This document shows positions 39,650 through 54,231 of a stretch of 64,000 nt of DNA, one piece after another. Origin of the DNA: Torpedo marmorata (taxonomy: Eukaryota); assembly GCA_977017645.1 (NCBI GenBank), contig OZ360230.1, forward strand, positions 85,498,001-85,562,000, read 5' to 3'. The position numbers were made by a program, and so were the translations under genes. Numbering within the stretch: the stretch's first letter is position 1; each line of letters starts with the position of its first letter. The notes beneath the pieces are model-generated. The model searched no databases. It was not told the DNA's origin and saw only the letters and a program-made list of their open reading frames with translations.

Positions 39650-42062
39650 TGAGGTAGTGATGGAATCCCAAACTACATGGAGTAGTACTATAGACAGAAC
39701 CTTTCCACTGATGATGCTTATAGCCTTGTCCCTCCACTCCGTCCTGTCCCATCTGGAGAACAAAGCCTTATACGCCAGGCTACTGTTCATTTGACTTCAG
39801 CTCAACGTTTAATACGATCATACGCAAGAGGCTTGTGAAGAAGCTGTCCTCGTTGGGACTCAATACCCCCCTCTCTGTAACTGGATGTCTTAATGGAAAG
39901 ATCACAGTTGACCACTGGCAGCAGAATGTCAAGCACCATCACGCTGAGCAGCAGCACACCTCAGGGCTGTGTGCTCAGCCAGCTCTTGTTCACGCTACTG
40001 ACCCACGACTGCAATGCGAAATCCAGCTCCAACAGATTGAGCAAGTTTGCAGATGACATGACAGTAGTTGGCCTCATCAGCAATAACGATGAGTCGCACT
40101 ACAGAGAAGAGGTGGAAAATCTCGTGAAATGGTGCGAGAATAACAACCTGAGTCACAATGTGGACAAGACGAAGGAGATAAATGTGGACTTCAGGAGGAC
40201 CAGAAATGACCACCCTCCACTACACATTAATAGCTTGGTAGTGGAGAGAGTAGAGGGCACCAAGTTCCTCGGAGTCTACTTAAGAAGTGACCCATCCTGG
40301 ACACACATCTCCTCACTTCCGCTCCACAGATGATGCCATCATTACCACCCCCCACCTAGCCCTCACCCACCTGGAAAATAAGGACGCGTATGCTCGAATG
40401 CTGTTTATTGACTTCAGCTCGGCATTCAACACGATCATACCTCAGTACCTGATAGGGAAGTTGAGGGGGCTGGGCCTAAACTACACCCTCTGTAATTGGA
40501 TCCTAGACTTCCTGATGGGAAGACCTCAGGCAGTCCGGATTGGAAACAGCACTTCCAAAGTCATTACATTGAGCACGGGGGCTCCCCAGGGCTGTGTGCT
40601 TAGTCCATTGCTGTTCACCATGCTGACTCATGACCGCAGCAAAACACAGCTCGAATCACATCATAAAGTTTGCTGATGATACAACCGTGGTGGGCCTTAT
40701 CAGTAAGAATGATGAGTCAGCATACAGAGATGAGGTGCAGTCGCTAATGGAATGGTGCGGAAACAACAACCTGCAGCTGAACGTGAACAAAAGAGTTGGT
40801 TGTCGACTTCAGAAGGGCCCGGGGGGATCATTCTCCTTTGACCATGGACAGCTCTACCGTTGAGGGCGTAAAGAGTACTAAGTTTCTTGGCGTGCACTTG
40901 GCGGAGAGTCTCAGCTGGTCCCTAAACACCAGTTCCATAGTCAAGAAAGCTCAGCAGCGTCTTTACTTCCTGCGAAGACTGAGGAAAGTTCATCTCCCAC
41001 CCCCTATCCTTACTACATTCTACAGGGGATGCATTGAGAGTATTCTGAGCAATTGCATCACTGCTTGGTTTGGAAACTGTACCACCTCGGACCGAAAGAC
41101 CCTGCAGAGGATAGTGAGGGCAGCGGAGAAAATTATTGGAGTCTCTCTCCCCACCATGACAGACATTTACAACACATGATGCATGAGGAAGGCTAAAAAC
41201 ATCGTGAAGGACTTATCACACCCCTTTGGTGAACTGTTTTCCTCTTTGCCATCTGGAAGGAGGTACCGAAGCACTCGGGCTCGTACGTCCAGACTGTGCA
41301 ACAGTTTTTTCCCCCAAGCCATCAGGCTCCTCAATTCCTAGATATATATGTGTATTAGCATGTTATAGTTTTTCTATTGTATTATGATATTTATGTACTC
41401 TACCCATGGTCCTGGAGAAACGCTATCTCGTCTTACTGTGTATATGGTAATGAACGACAAATAAAGGTGACTTGACTTGACTTGACTTGTCAGGAAGGCA
41501 CAACAGCAACTGCACTTCCTGAGAAGACTGAGGCAGTCAAGGCTACAAGCGACCATATGTCAACCTTCTACAGGAGCTCTATCGAGAGCTTCCTGGCTGG
41601 CTGCATCACAGTGCGGTTGCTGTAGAGCATCAGATTGGAGGTCAATCCACAGGACCATAAGGGTGGCAAAGAGGATCACTGGGGTCTCCCCCCTCCCCCA
41701 TTGATGTGATTTACCACGATCATTGTCTAAAGAGAGCTCGCAAAATTCGTGAGGATTCCTACCACACCGCACACATCTTCCAGCTACTCCCGTTGGGAAA
41801 GGGATCCAGGAGTACCAGATTCACCAGGCTGAGAAACAGCTTCTTCCCCGGGCAGTGAGACTGCTGAACAACTGATGAAGTGCTCATACAAACCCTCTGA
41901 GACTCTACTATTTATTTAACTATAATATTTATTGTAATATTTGTATATATATGCTGTGCATATGTATCATTTGTATGTGTGTTTGCAGTGTTTTGCACCG
42001 AGGACCGGAGAACAGTTTCATCAGGTTGTATTTGTACAATGGGATGATAAATAAACTTGAAC
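39650..42062 (+). mobile_element. Rex1/Babar fragment with a second Rex1 subfamily copy nested at ~40319-41487
   Basis: Two KFADD regions; tails (GACTT)n at 41469-41489 and (AACTTG)n at 42054-42063; the host rejoins as ctcactt|gtcaggaagg. Confidence 0.85.
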
Positions 42063-43386
42063 TAGTTACAGACTAAGTATGCACACTGTAAACAAGTTGG
42101 TCAATCTAAGCCAGCACTGGAATCCCTTTTGAAGCAACAGGCCATGAAATTGTTGCAATAAGAACATTGCAACTGGAGTAGGTCACTTGAGCCTGCTTCA
42201 CCATTCATAGGATCATGGTCAATCTGCCCTTAGCCTCAACTCCTCTTCTATGATAGTTTCTCATTTCCTTCCATTCCTTAATCTTTCAAAAATATATCAA
42301 CTTCCACTTTTAATACTCCAAATGATCTTGCCTTCACAATCTCCAGCATAGATAATGAGAGATTCATCACCCTCTGGGAAAAAAACTCTGCAGCTTTAGA
42401 TGACCTTACCCATGTCTTGTAATTACATCTCATTCGAGATTCTCCCACTTGTGGAAAATTTGGCATCTACCCTGTCAGGATCTTGCATGTTTCATTAACA
42501 CTTCATTCTTCTGGACCTGTATTCTTTGAAGCTTAATTTCTTTGCTCAATTCCCCTCATCCTACAAATTGGCACTGACAAATCCCTCTTGGACTGCCTCC
42601 AATGCCATTAAGTCCTTTCTTAAATAATACCAGGTGTGGCCTTGCCAGTATCCAGTACAATTGTAACAATATTTGCCCATTTCTAAACTCCTACCCTCTC
42701 ACAATAAACATAAATACATCTCCTTTCTTCCGAAGCACTTGCTGCACCTGCCAATTAACGTTTTGCAATTCAGGAAAAAGTGCACCAAGATCTTTCTGTT
42801 CTTCACTTACCTACAATTTTATGACATCTGGACAATGAATGGTTTGCCTTCAGCAGATCCCTCTTGCGAAAATGCACAGCTCATACTTTCCCCACAGTAG
42901 GGTTGCAGAACCCTAATAACCTGAATCAAAACTTGCCCTCCTACTATTTTTGTTTCGACAACAAACTTTGAAACTTTACACTCTACAGCCTCTTTCAGGT
43001 CATAACATAAATAAATGGAAAGGCCAAGAAGTCCCAGACTGAAAAAAGACCTGCTTCTTCTAACACTGTAATAACTAATATTTAATCCATGCTAACATAC
43101 ATCCACCAATATCATAGGTTATCTTGTACACAATCCTTTATGCAGAACCTCGTCATATGGCTTGTAGAAATACAATTTCACTACATCTACAGATTGCTCT
43201 CCATCAACTCTACTTGTACATCCTTGATTGTCAAATATGATTTACCTTCTTGATTTGTTTAGAATCAGCTTTTCTAAATGTCTAGCTATTTTTCCCTGGA
43301 TTATAGACTTCAACATTTTGCCCACAAAAGGCAAAAGGCTTTTAGTTACTCACTTTTGTCTTCCTCGCTTAAACAATAGTATCATA

Positions 43387-43973
43387 CCATATATACTCGT
43401 GAAATAGTCGATCCTGTGTAAAAGTCTATCCCCCCCTTTATGGCCCAAAAATCGCATATTTTCCGAATGACCCGTGTAAAAGTCGGCCCCCCTATTTTTG
43501 GCCCAAACCGCCCGCCCATCCAAGCTCCCGACGCCCCAACTGCAAACCCTCGCCTCGGCCGCCTGCCCACTGGAACTCCATACACCCCGCCTGCCCATCC
43601 GAGTTTCCAACGCCCTGACCACCCGCCCACAGGAGCTTCTGATGCGCCGACCGCAGATCCTCGCCCCGGCCGCCCGCCCATCGGAGTTCCCGACGCCCCG
43701 CCACAGACTCTCTTCTGGACCTCAGCCGCCCACCCATCCAAGCGCCTGTCCCGGCCACAATCTCTCTCCAAGGCCCCGGCCGCCCGCTCATCCGAGCTCC
43801 TGACGCCCCGAACACAGACTTGCCACTCGGTCCTGGCCATCCGAGCTCCCAACGCCTTGAACGACGCAGGTACTTACTGCGGTCAAAAGTATGACCCATG
43901 TAAAAGTCGACCCTCCCAAATTTAACCCGAAAAATTGGTCTAAAAAACTCGACTATTACACGAGTATATATGG
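43387..43973. mobile_element. Tc1/mariner-pogo-type non-autonomous element with a GC-rich internal array
   Basis: TIR ccatatatactcgtg(a/t)aatagtcga at both ends; TA TSD; subterminal gaccc(g/a)tgtaaaagtcg motif present three times. Confidence 0.85.
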
Positions 43974-45539
43974 TAGTTGCAGTATTCCATACGAGGAGTA
44001 TTTTCCCCAGACAAGATTGAGTTTTGAAAAACTTCAATCCACTACCTCTACAATCATAGCCATTGACACCTTCTAATGCCGATTATTATGATCTGGTGAC
44101 TTGACTGCCTTTAGTTTCATTAGTTTTTCCAGTGCAATAGTAACTTTCAAAAGTTCTTCCATAGTGTTTGAAACTACCCCTTTGGAATTTTTTGCGCTGT
44201 CTGCAGTGCCCTCCCTCATGAAAACTGAAGCAAACTATTAACCTAACTTATCTGCCATTTGCTTCATTCCCGTTACTAATTCCCCACTCTTGCGCTCTTG
44301 GGGTCCCACACTTGCCCTGCAACACTCTTTCCTTTTAGAAAAATTTCCTGTTTGCTTTAATACATTTTCCATTGTAATCGATTTTCTCTCATTAACATTT
44401 TTAACCTTATACTTCTCCTTCATGTAAAACTTCCTGTCCTCTGGTCTACCACTGGGCCTCACCACCTCATGTGCCCAAGTTTGCAATTCGCATTTTCCTT
44501 GTCCTCCTTTGTTAACCATGATCCATTTCCTGGAATCCTTGTAGACACTGAGGAACCTGCCAGGACAACCTGCAATATACATGATAAGATCTGGAGCAGG
44601 AACAGCAAGTCCATTTACTTGAAAAAAAAAGAAACTGCTACAAAGGATAAAAAAGTAATTTATTTTAATTCAAAATGAACTATGTTTTATTAAATGCTTT
44701 TAATTATTTAAAAGTGTTTTTTAAAATTTAGGTATTTTAATAACTGGTATTTTTAAATTGTTTAACTGGCATTTGATAAATACTTGAATACAATTAAATG
44801 GCAGGAACGTTCAAAAACATTCAGTCTTTGATGATTGAAAATTGGATATACTGAGGGCATGACTGAACTAGATGTCAAAACTGTTCCGTGGACAAGATCT
44901 TTTTATGACCCACACACTTGACAGCATTACATTTTGGAAGGCTCTGCCTCCACAGGTTCTTGCCATTCAATAAGATCACTGCCAATCTGGCCACAGAGTC
45001 AGCTCCACTGACCCACCTGTTCCCCACAACCCTCAAATCCCCTCCTATTCAAATATCTGCATCTTAAATATATTTAACAAAGCTGTCTCTACTGGTTCAT
45101 TGGACAGAGGATTCCTCAAATTCACAACTCAATGGGAAAAGCAGTTCCTCCTCATCTAGGTCTTAAATCTACTCCCCCAAAACTTGAGGCTACATTCCCT
45201 AGTTTTAGTCTCACCTGGCAGTGGAAACAACCTTCCTGATTCTAGCTTATAGATTCCTTTCATAATTGTATACATTTCTATAGATTCCCCCTTATCCTTC
45301 TGAACTACAATGAGTATAGTCCCAATCAACTCAATCTATCCTCCGAAGCTAACCCCCTCATTTCCAGAATCAACCCGGGGAACCTCCTCTGCACTGCCTC
45401 CAAAGCCAGTATATAGTTTCTCATGCAAGGAGACCAGAATTGCATGTGGTACCTCACATTTACAAACATTGTATTCCATCAGGCAGACCCTTGCCCACTC
45501 ACTGAACCTATCAGTATCTCTCTGCAGACTGTATCCTCT

Positions 45540-45720
45540 AAACTCACATTCCACCTTAAGCAATCCCTATGCCATAAGTGCTCTGTGATTAGTAAGGGAT
45601 TGCTCAAGGTGGTATGTGAGTGGAAAGAAAAAGTTTGAAAACCACTATTTTAATTGTACCTAATTGACTCGTTATGTGCACGGTTTCATAACTGCAAAGG
45701 AAATGGGCCAATGACAATTT
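45540..45720. mobile_element. Second copy of the composite hAT-like MITE (reverse orientation)
   Basis: Reverse complement of 23630-23815. Confidence 0.7.
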
Positions 45721-46507
45721 TTATCAACCCTCATAATTTTGTATACCTCTATCAAATCTCTCCTCATTCTTCTGTACTCCAGGGAATAAAGTCTTAACCT
45801 GTTTAACCTTTCCCTGTAACTCAATTCCTCTAGTCTTGGCAAAATCCTTGTAAATCTTCTCTGCACTCTTTCGATATTGATATCTTTCCTGTAGTTAGGT
45901 TACCAAAATTGCACACAATACTCCAAATTTGGCCTCACAAATATCTTATACCACCTCACCATAACATCCCAACTCCAGTACTCAATACTTTGATTTATGA
46001 AGATCAATGTGCCAAAGCTCTCTTTATGACCCTATCTACCTGTGACATCGCTTTCAGGGAATTATGTATCTGTATTCCCAGATCCCTCCGTTCTACGACA
46101 TTCCTCAGTGCCCTACCGTTTACCGTGTATGTCCTACCATGGTTAGTCTTCCCAAAGTGCAACACTGCAGACTTGTCCACATTAAATGCCATCTGCCATT
46201 TTGCAGCCTATTTTTCCAGCTGGTCTAGATCCCAGTGCAAGCATTGAAAGCCTTCTTTGCTGTTCACTATATATACCAAGCTTTGTGTCATCTGCAAACT
46301 TGCTGATACAATTACCACAACATCATCTATATGATTGATTTAGATTACAAACAAAATTGGACCCAGCATGGATCCCTAAGGAACACCACTAGTCGCACGC
46401 CTCCAGCCAGAGAGGTAATCACCAACTACCACTCTCTGGCTTCTCCCACAAAGCCAATGTCTAATCCAATTCACTACCTCATCCTGAATATCAAGCAACT
46501 GAATCTT

Positions 46508-47277
46508 TTTTTAAATTTTATTTAAAATTTTTAAATCACACATTACATAGTTTAAAATGCAAAATTATCAAATTACATGTGATACATTTTCACCCCCTCC
46601 CCTCCCTAGCCCTCCCGAAAAAAAGAGAGGAAAAAGAAAAAGATAAAGTAAGGAGAATGTCACTCTAAACAAAACAACTATAAACTAATTTTATTGTGGA
46701 ACACAGGTTCGCCAGTCAGATCCAATATCCGGAGATCTTCAAATCCTTAAACCGACAGTTTTTATATATGGGCTCCATATTTTCAAGAAGAAATGATATT
46801 TATTACGTAAATTATAAGTAATTTTTTCAAGTGGTATACATGAACGCAATTCTGCATGCCATCTTTCTAACCCTAAATCTCCATCCGATTTCCATGTAAT
46901 AGCAATACATTTCTTAGAAACAGCTAAAGCAATACGTAAAAATTCTGTTTGATACATATTTAATTTCATTTTAACACTGATTCTTTTAATATCTTCAAAC
47001 AAAAATATCATAGGATCCATTGGGAGTGTAATTCTTAATACTTTATCTAAAAACTTTTTAACTTTCAACCAAAAATCATATCTTTGGACAAAACCATGTA
47101 GAATGTACAAAAGAACCTTCCTCTCTATTACATCTAAAACATAAGCCGGATAATGTCGGATTAAATTTCTTTAATTTTTTTGGTGTTAAATATAATTGAT
47201 GAAAAAAATTATATTGCACCAATCTATATCTAACATTAATAATCTTCGTCATACTTTGTTTACATAATTGAATCTTA
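46508..47277 (-). mobile_element. 5'-truncated L1-clade LINE (Cys-rich ORF2 C-terminus)
   Basis: CFRC..H..W.C motif; TSD caactgaatctt (46496-46507 and 47278-47289). Confidence 0.88.
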
Positions 47278-48090
47278 CAACTGAATCTTCTTGACCAACC
47301 TCCCATGCGAGACCTTGTCAAAGGCCTTACTAAAATCCAAGTAGACAACATCCACGGCCTTTCCTTCATCAACTTTCCTGGTAATCTCCTTGAAAAACTC
47401 AAGATTAAACATGACCTACCACACACAAAGCCATGCTGACTATCCCTAATCAGTCCCCGTCTGCCCAAATACTTGTATATCTGATCTCTTAAAATACCTC
47501 CCAACAACTTGCCCACTACTGAAGCAAGGCTCACAGGCCTATAATTTCTGTAGAGCCCTTTTTAAACAACGGAATAATATTCCCTATTCTCCAGCCCCTC
47601 ACCCGTGGCTAAGGACATTTTAAATATATCTGCCAGGGCCCCAGAAATTTCAACATCAGCCTCCCTCAAGGTCAAAGGGAATATCTTGTCAGGCCCTGGG
47701 GATTTATCCACCCTTATTTGCCTCAAGATAGCGAGCACCTCCTCTTTAATCTGTACAGGTTCCATGACCTCACTTCTATTGACTTGTGTCATTCTCCTGA
47801 GTAAATACAGATGCAAAAAAACAATTTAAGATCTCACCGATCTCTTTTGGCTCCAGACATAGCTGTCCATTCTGATCTTCAAAAGGACCAACTTTGTCCC
47901 TTACTATCCTTTTACTCTTAATAGACGCCCTGAGGATTTTCCTTGTCTGCCAAATTAAACTCATGTATTCTTTTAGCCTTCCTGATTTCCTTGTTTTTTC
48001 TTACACCTTTAATACTCAAGTACCTAATTTGCTCCTTATTGCCTGTAGCTGCTATACACCTTTTTCTTCTTAATTGGATCCTCAATATCC

Positions 48091-48226
48091 AAATCTTGAC
48101 GAAGGGCTCAGGCCCAAAACGTTTGTTACCCATAACTTCCTATCGATGTGGCATGACCTGCTGAGTTTCTCCAGTACTTTTGTGCACTGCACTAGTCACA
48201 GCGTCTGCAGACTTTCCTGTTTAACC
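48091..48226 (+). mobile_element. Penelope pLTR remnant with a decayed hammerhead-like motif
   Basis: cttgacgaagggctcaggcccaaaacgt; flanked by caatatcc repeats. Confidence 0.7.
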
Positions 48227-49199
48227 ACAATATCCCTCGACAACCAAGCTTCCCCATGCCTGTTAAAACTTCATCTTTAATCCTGACAAGAACATAAACT
48301 TTGTAATCTCAAAATTTCACCTGTGAACTTCTCCCACCTTTGCCAGAAAACAAGCACACCCTTGCCAGAAAATAACGTCCCAATCCATGCTTACTAAACA
48401 GATACTTTCTCATTTCCTCAGAATTGGCCTTTCTTCAATTTAGAATGCCATCCAAGGACCAAACCTATCCTTATCCATAATTATCTTGAAACTAATGGCA
48501 TAATGATCACTGGACCCAAAGTGTTCCCCTAAATACACTTGCGTCATCTGTCCGTCTCATTCCCTAATAGGAGATCCAGTATTACACTCTCTCTAGTTGA
48601 TACCTCTACATATTGATTTAGAAAACTTGACAGAACACATTTGACAAATTCTAACCCATCCAGCCCTTTTACAGTATGGAAGTCTCAGACAATATGTGGA
48701 AAGTTAAAATCACCTACCATCACAACTTTGTTTCCTGCAGCTATCTGCTTATAGACGACACTTGCCTCACCTTGTCTCCTAATTTCAAAGTATCATCTTC
48801 CAATGCGTGAGCTACGATATTCCGAATTATCATCCCTTTAATCCAATAAATCAAGTTCTGTGGCAGTTACTTTTGTCGTTTTAATTAGTTGATTAAGCGT
48901 ATAAACATTTTACATAGCTTCACAATAGAACTTCCATATAGTTGAATAATAAAGCATTTACGGTATTTAAGAGATACAAAACATTTAAAGAGATGGAAAG
49001 TTCAAAGAAAATATGTCTTGTGCTCACAGATTCTTCACATCTCGTTGAATAATAGCAAAGACTCTAGCCTGGGCGGATATTACGACATATTACATCATAA
49101 TCACTATAGTAACACTGCAAACAATAGTTCCCTTAAAGAGACAGGCATATAATTAACTAAGAGTCAAAACACTAGTTTTAACCTTTACACTGCTATCTC

Positions 49200-49450
49200 T
49201 CTGCAACTTTGCTCCTCCATTTCCTCCTCCTCCCTACTGCATTCCACTAACCACTGATTGCCAATCAGAGAAACACCCATTCACCCCAACTCTCTGCACT
49301 CCATTAATTAATGAATCCTCAACCCATGCATCCTTATCTTTATCTTGATGAAGGGCTCAAGCCCAAAACGTTGGTTATGCATCTTTATCTTTGCTATATA
49401 AAAGTACACTGTTTGACCTGCTAAGTTTCTCCAGCATTGTGCTTTTACAT
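49200..49450 (+). mobile_element. Penelope pLTR remnant with a decayed hammerhead-like motif
   Basis: cttgatgaagggctcaagcccaaaacgttggttatg...gacctgctaagtttctccagca. Confidence 0.7.
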
Positions 49451-51250
49451 CCTTTTCTAATGCAGAACTCTTTTGTGGGTACCTATACGAATACTTTCTG
49501 GAAATCCAAGTATATCACATCCACCTGTTCCCTGCTATCCAGTGTGCTTGTTATATCCTCAAGTAACTCCAGTAAATTAGTTAAATATGACCTGTCCTTC
49601 CTGAATCAATGCTACATATGCCTGATGGAACAATTTCTGTCCAGATGTCCTGCTATTTCCTCTTTAATCACAGCTTCAAGCATTTCCAGACTATGGGCGT
49701 TAAGATAACTCGCCTTACCTCCCATTGCCTCCTTAGCACTTCTCTTTGGCATGTCACCTGTATATTCTGCTTTGACTGACGAAAAATACTTGTTCTTGGC
49801 CATTACAGCATTACCCATTAATTTCCCCTTCTCAAGATGAGAAGAATGTTTACTTCAGCCACTATATACACTTTATTTATTTCTGCAAACTTTTACTATC
49901 CATTTTAATATTTTGAGCTAGTTTACTTGCATAAAATATATTCTTTCTTTATTGATTGGTGTTTTTCGTTGTTGCTTTTTAAGGTTTTGCCAATCTTCTA
50001 GATTCCCACTACTTTTGGCCACTTTGCATGCATTAGCTTCTAACTTGATGCCTTCATTTATTTTCGTAGTTGTCCATGGCTGGCTATCCTTGTTTTTAAC
50101 TGGAATATACTTTTCTTGAGCATTGAAAAATCTCTTTGAAAGTTCTCCATGTTCTTCATCTGTCCCACCACATCACCTGTGCACCATGCTTACATTAGTC
50201 AACTCCTCTCTCATCCAATTTTTGTCTCCTTTGTTTACACACTTGCTTTCTCAATCTCAGTGTTAGAAATTCAACCATACCGCAATCACTCTTTCCATGT
50301 AGATACCTAACTAGGAGTTACCGGTAATTTATTTCACCTGCTCATTACACAGGTCCTGATCTGAAATAACATGTTCTCTTATAACATGTAAAATGCTGTA
50401 AAAGCAAACTATCACAGATGTATTCTATGAACTCCTCCTCAAGGCTGACTTGATTTGACCAATCAACATATAGGTCAAGGTACCCCATGATAACTATCAT
50501 TGCATTCGTACCTTGCATTAGGCCAAGAGTCCCACATCGAAATGCATATAACTGCAAAAGGCAAACTAGAAGGAACAGGTAGTCTTCCCTTACTGCTGTG
50601 TTTTCTAACATGATTAGTGAATACTGTTGTTGGGCAAATGATTGAAAAGATTCAAGGCAGTGATTGATAGGTTCTTTATTAGCCTGGGCATCAAAGGTTA
50701 TGGGGAGAAGGACGGGCAGTGGGTCTGAGTGGGAAAATATATCAGCTCATGATTGAATGGCGGGGCAGACTCGATGGGCTGAATAGCCTATTGCTTCTCC
50801 TATGTCTTATAGTCTGACAAGACCTGGCAAATTTGTCACACACCTTTATTGTGTTCCCCAACTTTCAAAAGAAAATTAGTTAATCAAGCAAGATTACCCT
50901 TGTAGATAACATTGGTTTGCAATATTATGCAAATACACCAAATATTTGACATATTCACAAGCTCTTCATTGATACGCTAGAATCCTAGAACCCTGCTATG
51001 AAAATAGTGTTGCAGTCATCAGTAGCTAAATTTCTCCCCTTCTTCCTGAGATTGTGATAAAACATATTTGAATCAGTCCCAACACCATCCTCCTGCAAAT
51101 TTCATTAATAGTTACTTTTGCATCTCTTTACTATGCCACAGAAGTAATTTCCAAATTTGTCCAAACACTGCTTTAAAAGAAACAGCACTCACACATGGGG
51201 AAAATTAAATAAAAAATCCAATACACAAATGAAATAAATGGTACGTATTA

Positions 51251-52164
51251 GCCCACTGCTCTACTCGTTATACACCAATGACTGTGGCCAGGCACAATTC
51301 CAATGCTATCTACAAGTTTGCCGATGACACCACAGTTGGCGGCAGAATCACAAACGGCAATGAGGAAGCGTACAGGAGGGAGATAGATCAGCTCTTTGAG
51401 TGGTGTCACACCAACAACCTGGCACTCGACGTTAGCAAAACCAAGGAGATGATTGTGGACTTTAGGAGGAAGTCAGGGGAACACGACCCAGTCCTCATCG
51501 AGGGCTCAGTAGTGGAGAGGGTCAAGAACTTCAAATTCCTGGGTGTCAACATCTCCGAGGATCTGTCCTGGAGCCTCCATGTTGATGCAATCACGAAGAA
51601 GGCTCGCCAGCGGCTATACTTTGTGAGGTGTTTGAGGAGATTCGGTATGTCACCGAAGACTCTCGAAAACTTCTACAGGTGTTCCGTGGAGAGCATTCTG
51701 GCTGGTTGCATCACTGTCTGGAATGGAGGTGCCAAATCTCAGGACAAGAAAAAACTCCAGAGGGTTGTTAACTCGGCCTGCGACATCACAGGCACCAGAC
51801 TTCACTCCATCGAGGACATCTACATGAGGCGGTGTCTTAAAAAAGCAGCCTCTATCCTCAAAGACCCCCACCACACAGGCCATGCCCTCTTCACTCTGCT
51901 ACCATCAGGAAAAAGGTACAAGAGCCTAAAGACGAGCACTCAGCGGCACAAGGACAGCTTCTTCCCCGCTGCCATCAGATTCCTGAATAACCAATGAACC
52001 AAAGACACTGCCTTACTTTTCGTGCACTACTATTTCAAAAATTTTTTTTAAAAAAATATATATTATTGACGTAAGATGGTTCATAATATGAATGTTTGCA
52101 CTATGATGCTGCTGCAAAACACCGAATTTCGTGACTTGTTCATGACAATAAATTCTGATTCTGA
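51251..52164 (+). mobile_element. 5'-truncated Rex1/Babar, same family as 3330-6492
   Basis: ORF 51278..51997 is nearly identical to 5583..6338; (ATTCTG)n tail; gtatta repeat on both flanks. Confidence 0.92.
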
Positions 52165-52239
52165 TGTATTAATTCAGCACATTTCAAATGCAAAATATTG
52201 ATTGCTCAATAACATGTACTCTTCTAAAAGTCACCTCAC

Positions 52240-52348
52240 CTGAAACTGCAGTGTGGGTCTTTGCACCACCAAGATCTTCCTGAGTCACATCCTCATTTGT
52301 AACAGATTTCACCACATCTGGGCCAGTAATGAATAAGTAAGAGGTACC
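52240..52348 (-). CDS. PCCB: PCCB exon (human exon 7 equivalent), [36 protein letters not shown](G)
   Basis: Manual translation; ttttgcAG acceptor and GTGAGG donor; 109 nt; carboxyl-transferase motif [10 protein letters not shown]. Upstream exons were not found in the window. Confidence 0.95.
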
Positions 52349-54231
52349 CTGCAAAACCACAACACTGATCTAATTAGGATTAATTCTGATAAAGGAATAA
52401 GCAGCACAAATGTAAGCCTTTTAAGAAAAAGACCAGCTACTTGCAGCACATCTTATACTTCACACATTTTGCTTTGTTTAAAATCAAGTACTCATTTGGC
52501 AACACAAAGCAATCCCGAAAACCAAAAATATCAATCTGACCTGACCACATAACAACACATTAAAGTTTGTGGAAAATTGCACTGAAAGAAAAATAGGAGT
52601 CTCAAAATAAACAGCTGGGTGGACTACTTCACTGAAATACATCAGAGCTAGACACAAGCCCAGATTTTGTTCGTGTACCAAGTCAAATGCTAAACCAAAA
52701 CTTGAAAGGAAAATAACTTTCTCTGATTCCCAAAACCTTCATAAGACAGTGGCAGCACAGATAGCAAGCAGTGTGTCACGATTTCAGAAAATTGTGCATG
52801 ATTGCTCCAAATTCAGTCAGTACGGTTTAATGTCAGTAAGGTAAATGGCCAGCTTTGAAGATGATCCAAGTTCAATCAACACCAAGGAACAAGGAAAGAA
52901 ATACAAGCATTTCTTCTTACAATAGGTTGATGGGGGAGCTCTGTGACAAACAGGCCAAAGGTGGTTCTGACATTTTCACAGCACAACATGCTGAGGATCT
53001 GTGTCAAATCCTCGAGCCTTCCTGTGCTCCATCACAGAATATTTTAGAAGACAGTGATTAAAAAAAATACCAATAAGCACAGAGATGTTGGATGGGGTGA
53101 TCTCATTCAAGCAACATGGGGATTCAATTCACTTGAATCTGGAAGAGTTGCCCTCTCTGATATTGTTCATTCACTCTGTGGAGCCAATTGCCATGTCCAT
53201 TGGGAATGATATTGGTATCTAGGCAACTACCAGGGACAGCGGAGTCACCCAGGTTAGTATCTCCCACACATGCATGGTACCACTACCTTGCTCTCACCAG
53301 TCTTCAGTCCACAACCTTGTGGGCGCCCGTGACCTTGGGAGCAAGAGTAAACTGGAGCAAAGTGAGAACTATATTTTTCTACCTTTCTATCCTTCACCAT
53401 CATATGAAGATAATAAAGATCTCGGTTAGGGTAGGTACACACCAGCACCAAAAATTGGAAAGATTGAGTTACCATGGTCAAACAAACGGTAGTTAGCTGA
53501 ATATCAAGAGCTCATAGGAGGTAAAAAATATATCAGATTTAGGCAAATCCCTCAGAGTACAATTGCAGAAATACACGAGAAAAATCAGGAAGGTAAAAAG
53601 AAGGCATGAGATGTATGTGGCAGGCTGGGTAAAGGAAAATCCCAAGGGAATCTACAGGTATATTAAGAGCAAAAGGATGGTTCTGAAGAGAATTGGTCAC
53701 CTTAAAAATCAGCATGACAGTCTTTGTGTGAGATTTTTAAATGAATATTTCTCATCAGTTTTCACTGTGGAGAACAGCAAGGTGTTATTTTGAATGGAAT
53801 TAAATTCAAGTTTATTTATCATCCAATTGTAACAGTGCAACCCAACGAAACAGCATTCTCCAGTCCACGGTGCAAAAACAGTGCAAACACACATGCAGAC
53901 AAACTATACATATGCACAGATAGACAAAACCTATGTACATGTCTTGTATACGTATATTAAAAATTTAGCAAGGTGTTTAACAAGATCTTGCATGGTAGGC
54001 TAGATCATGTGGAATCCAAGGTGAGCTGGTTAGATGAATTCAAAATTGGCTTGGAAGTAGAAGTCAGAAGGTTGTGGTAGAGGGTTGCTGTTCTGATTGG
54101 AGGCTTGTGTCCAGCGGTGTGCTGCAGAGAATAACAGTGCTGCGTCCACTGTTTGCAACATTAAGTTTGCATAACATCGTAGTTAACAAATTAATAAATT
54201 TGCAGGTGGACAACAAGAAAGGATATTAAAG

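Larger units (their letters stand above)
45725..48740 (-). mobile_element. CR1 LINE, degenerate, with nested L1 and Penelope remnants
   Basis: ORFs 45672, 46004, 47076, 47562 and 47776. Confidence 0.85.

Noticed and set aside
43505-43860. CRISPR array
   Set aside because: Degenerate repeats, irregular spacers, no cas genes, eukaryotic intron, enclosed by TIRs.
43350-44076. Overlapping Pro/Gly/Arg-rich ORFs
   Set aside because: Artefact of a GC-rich repeat with few stop codons.
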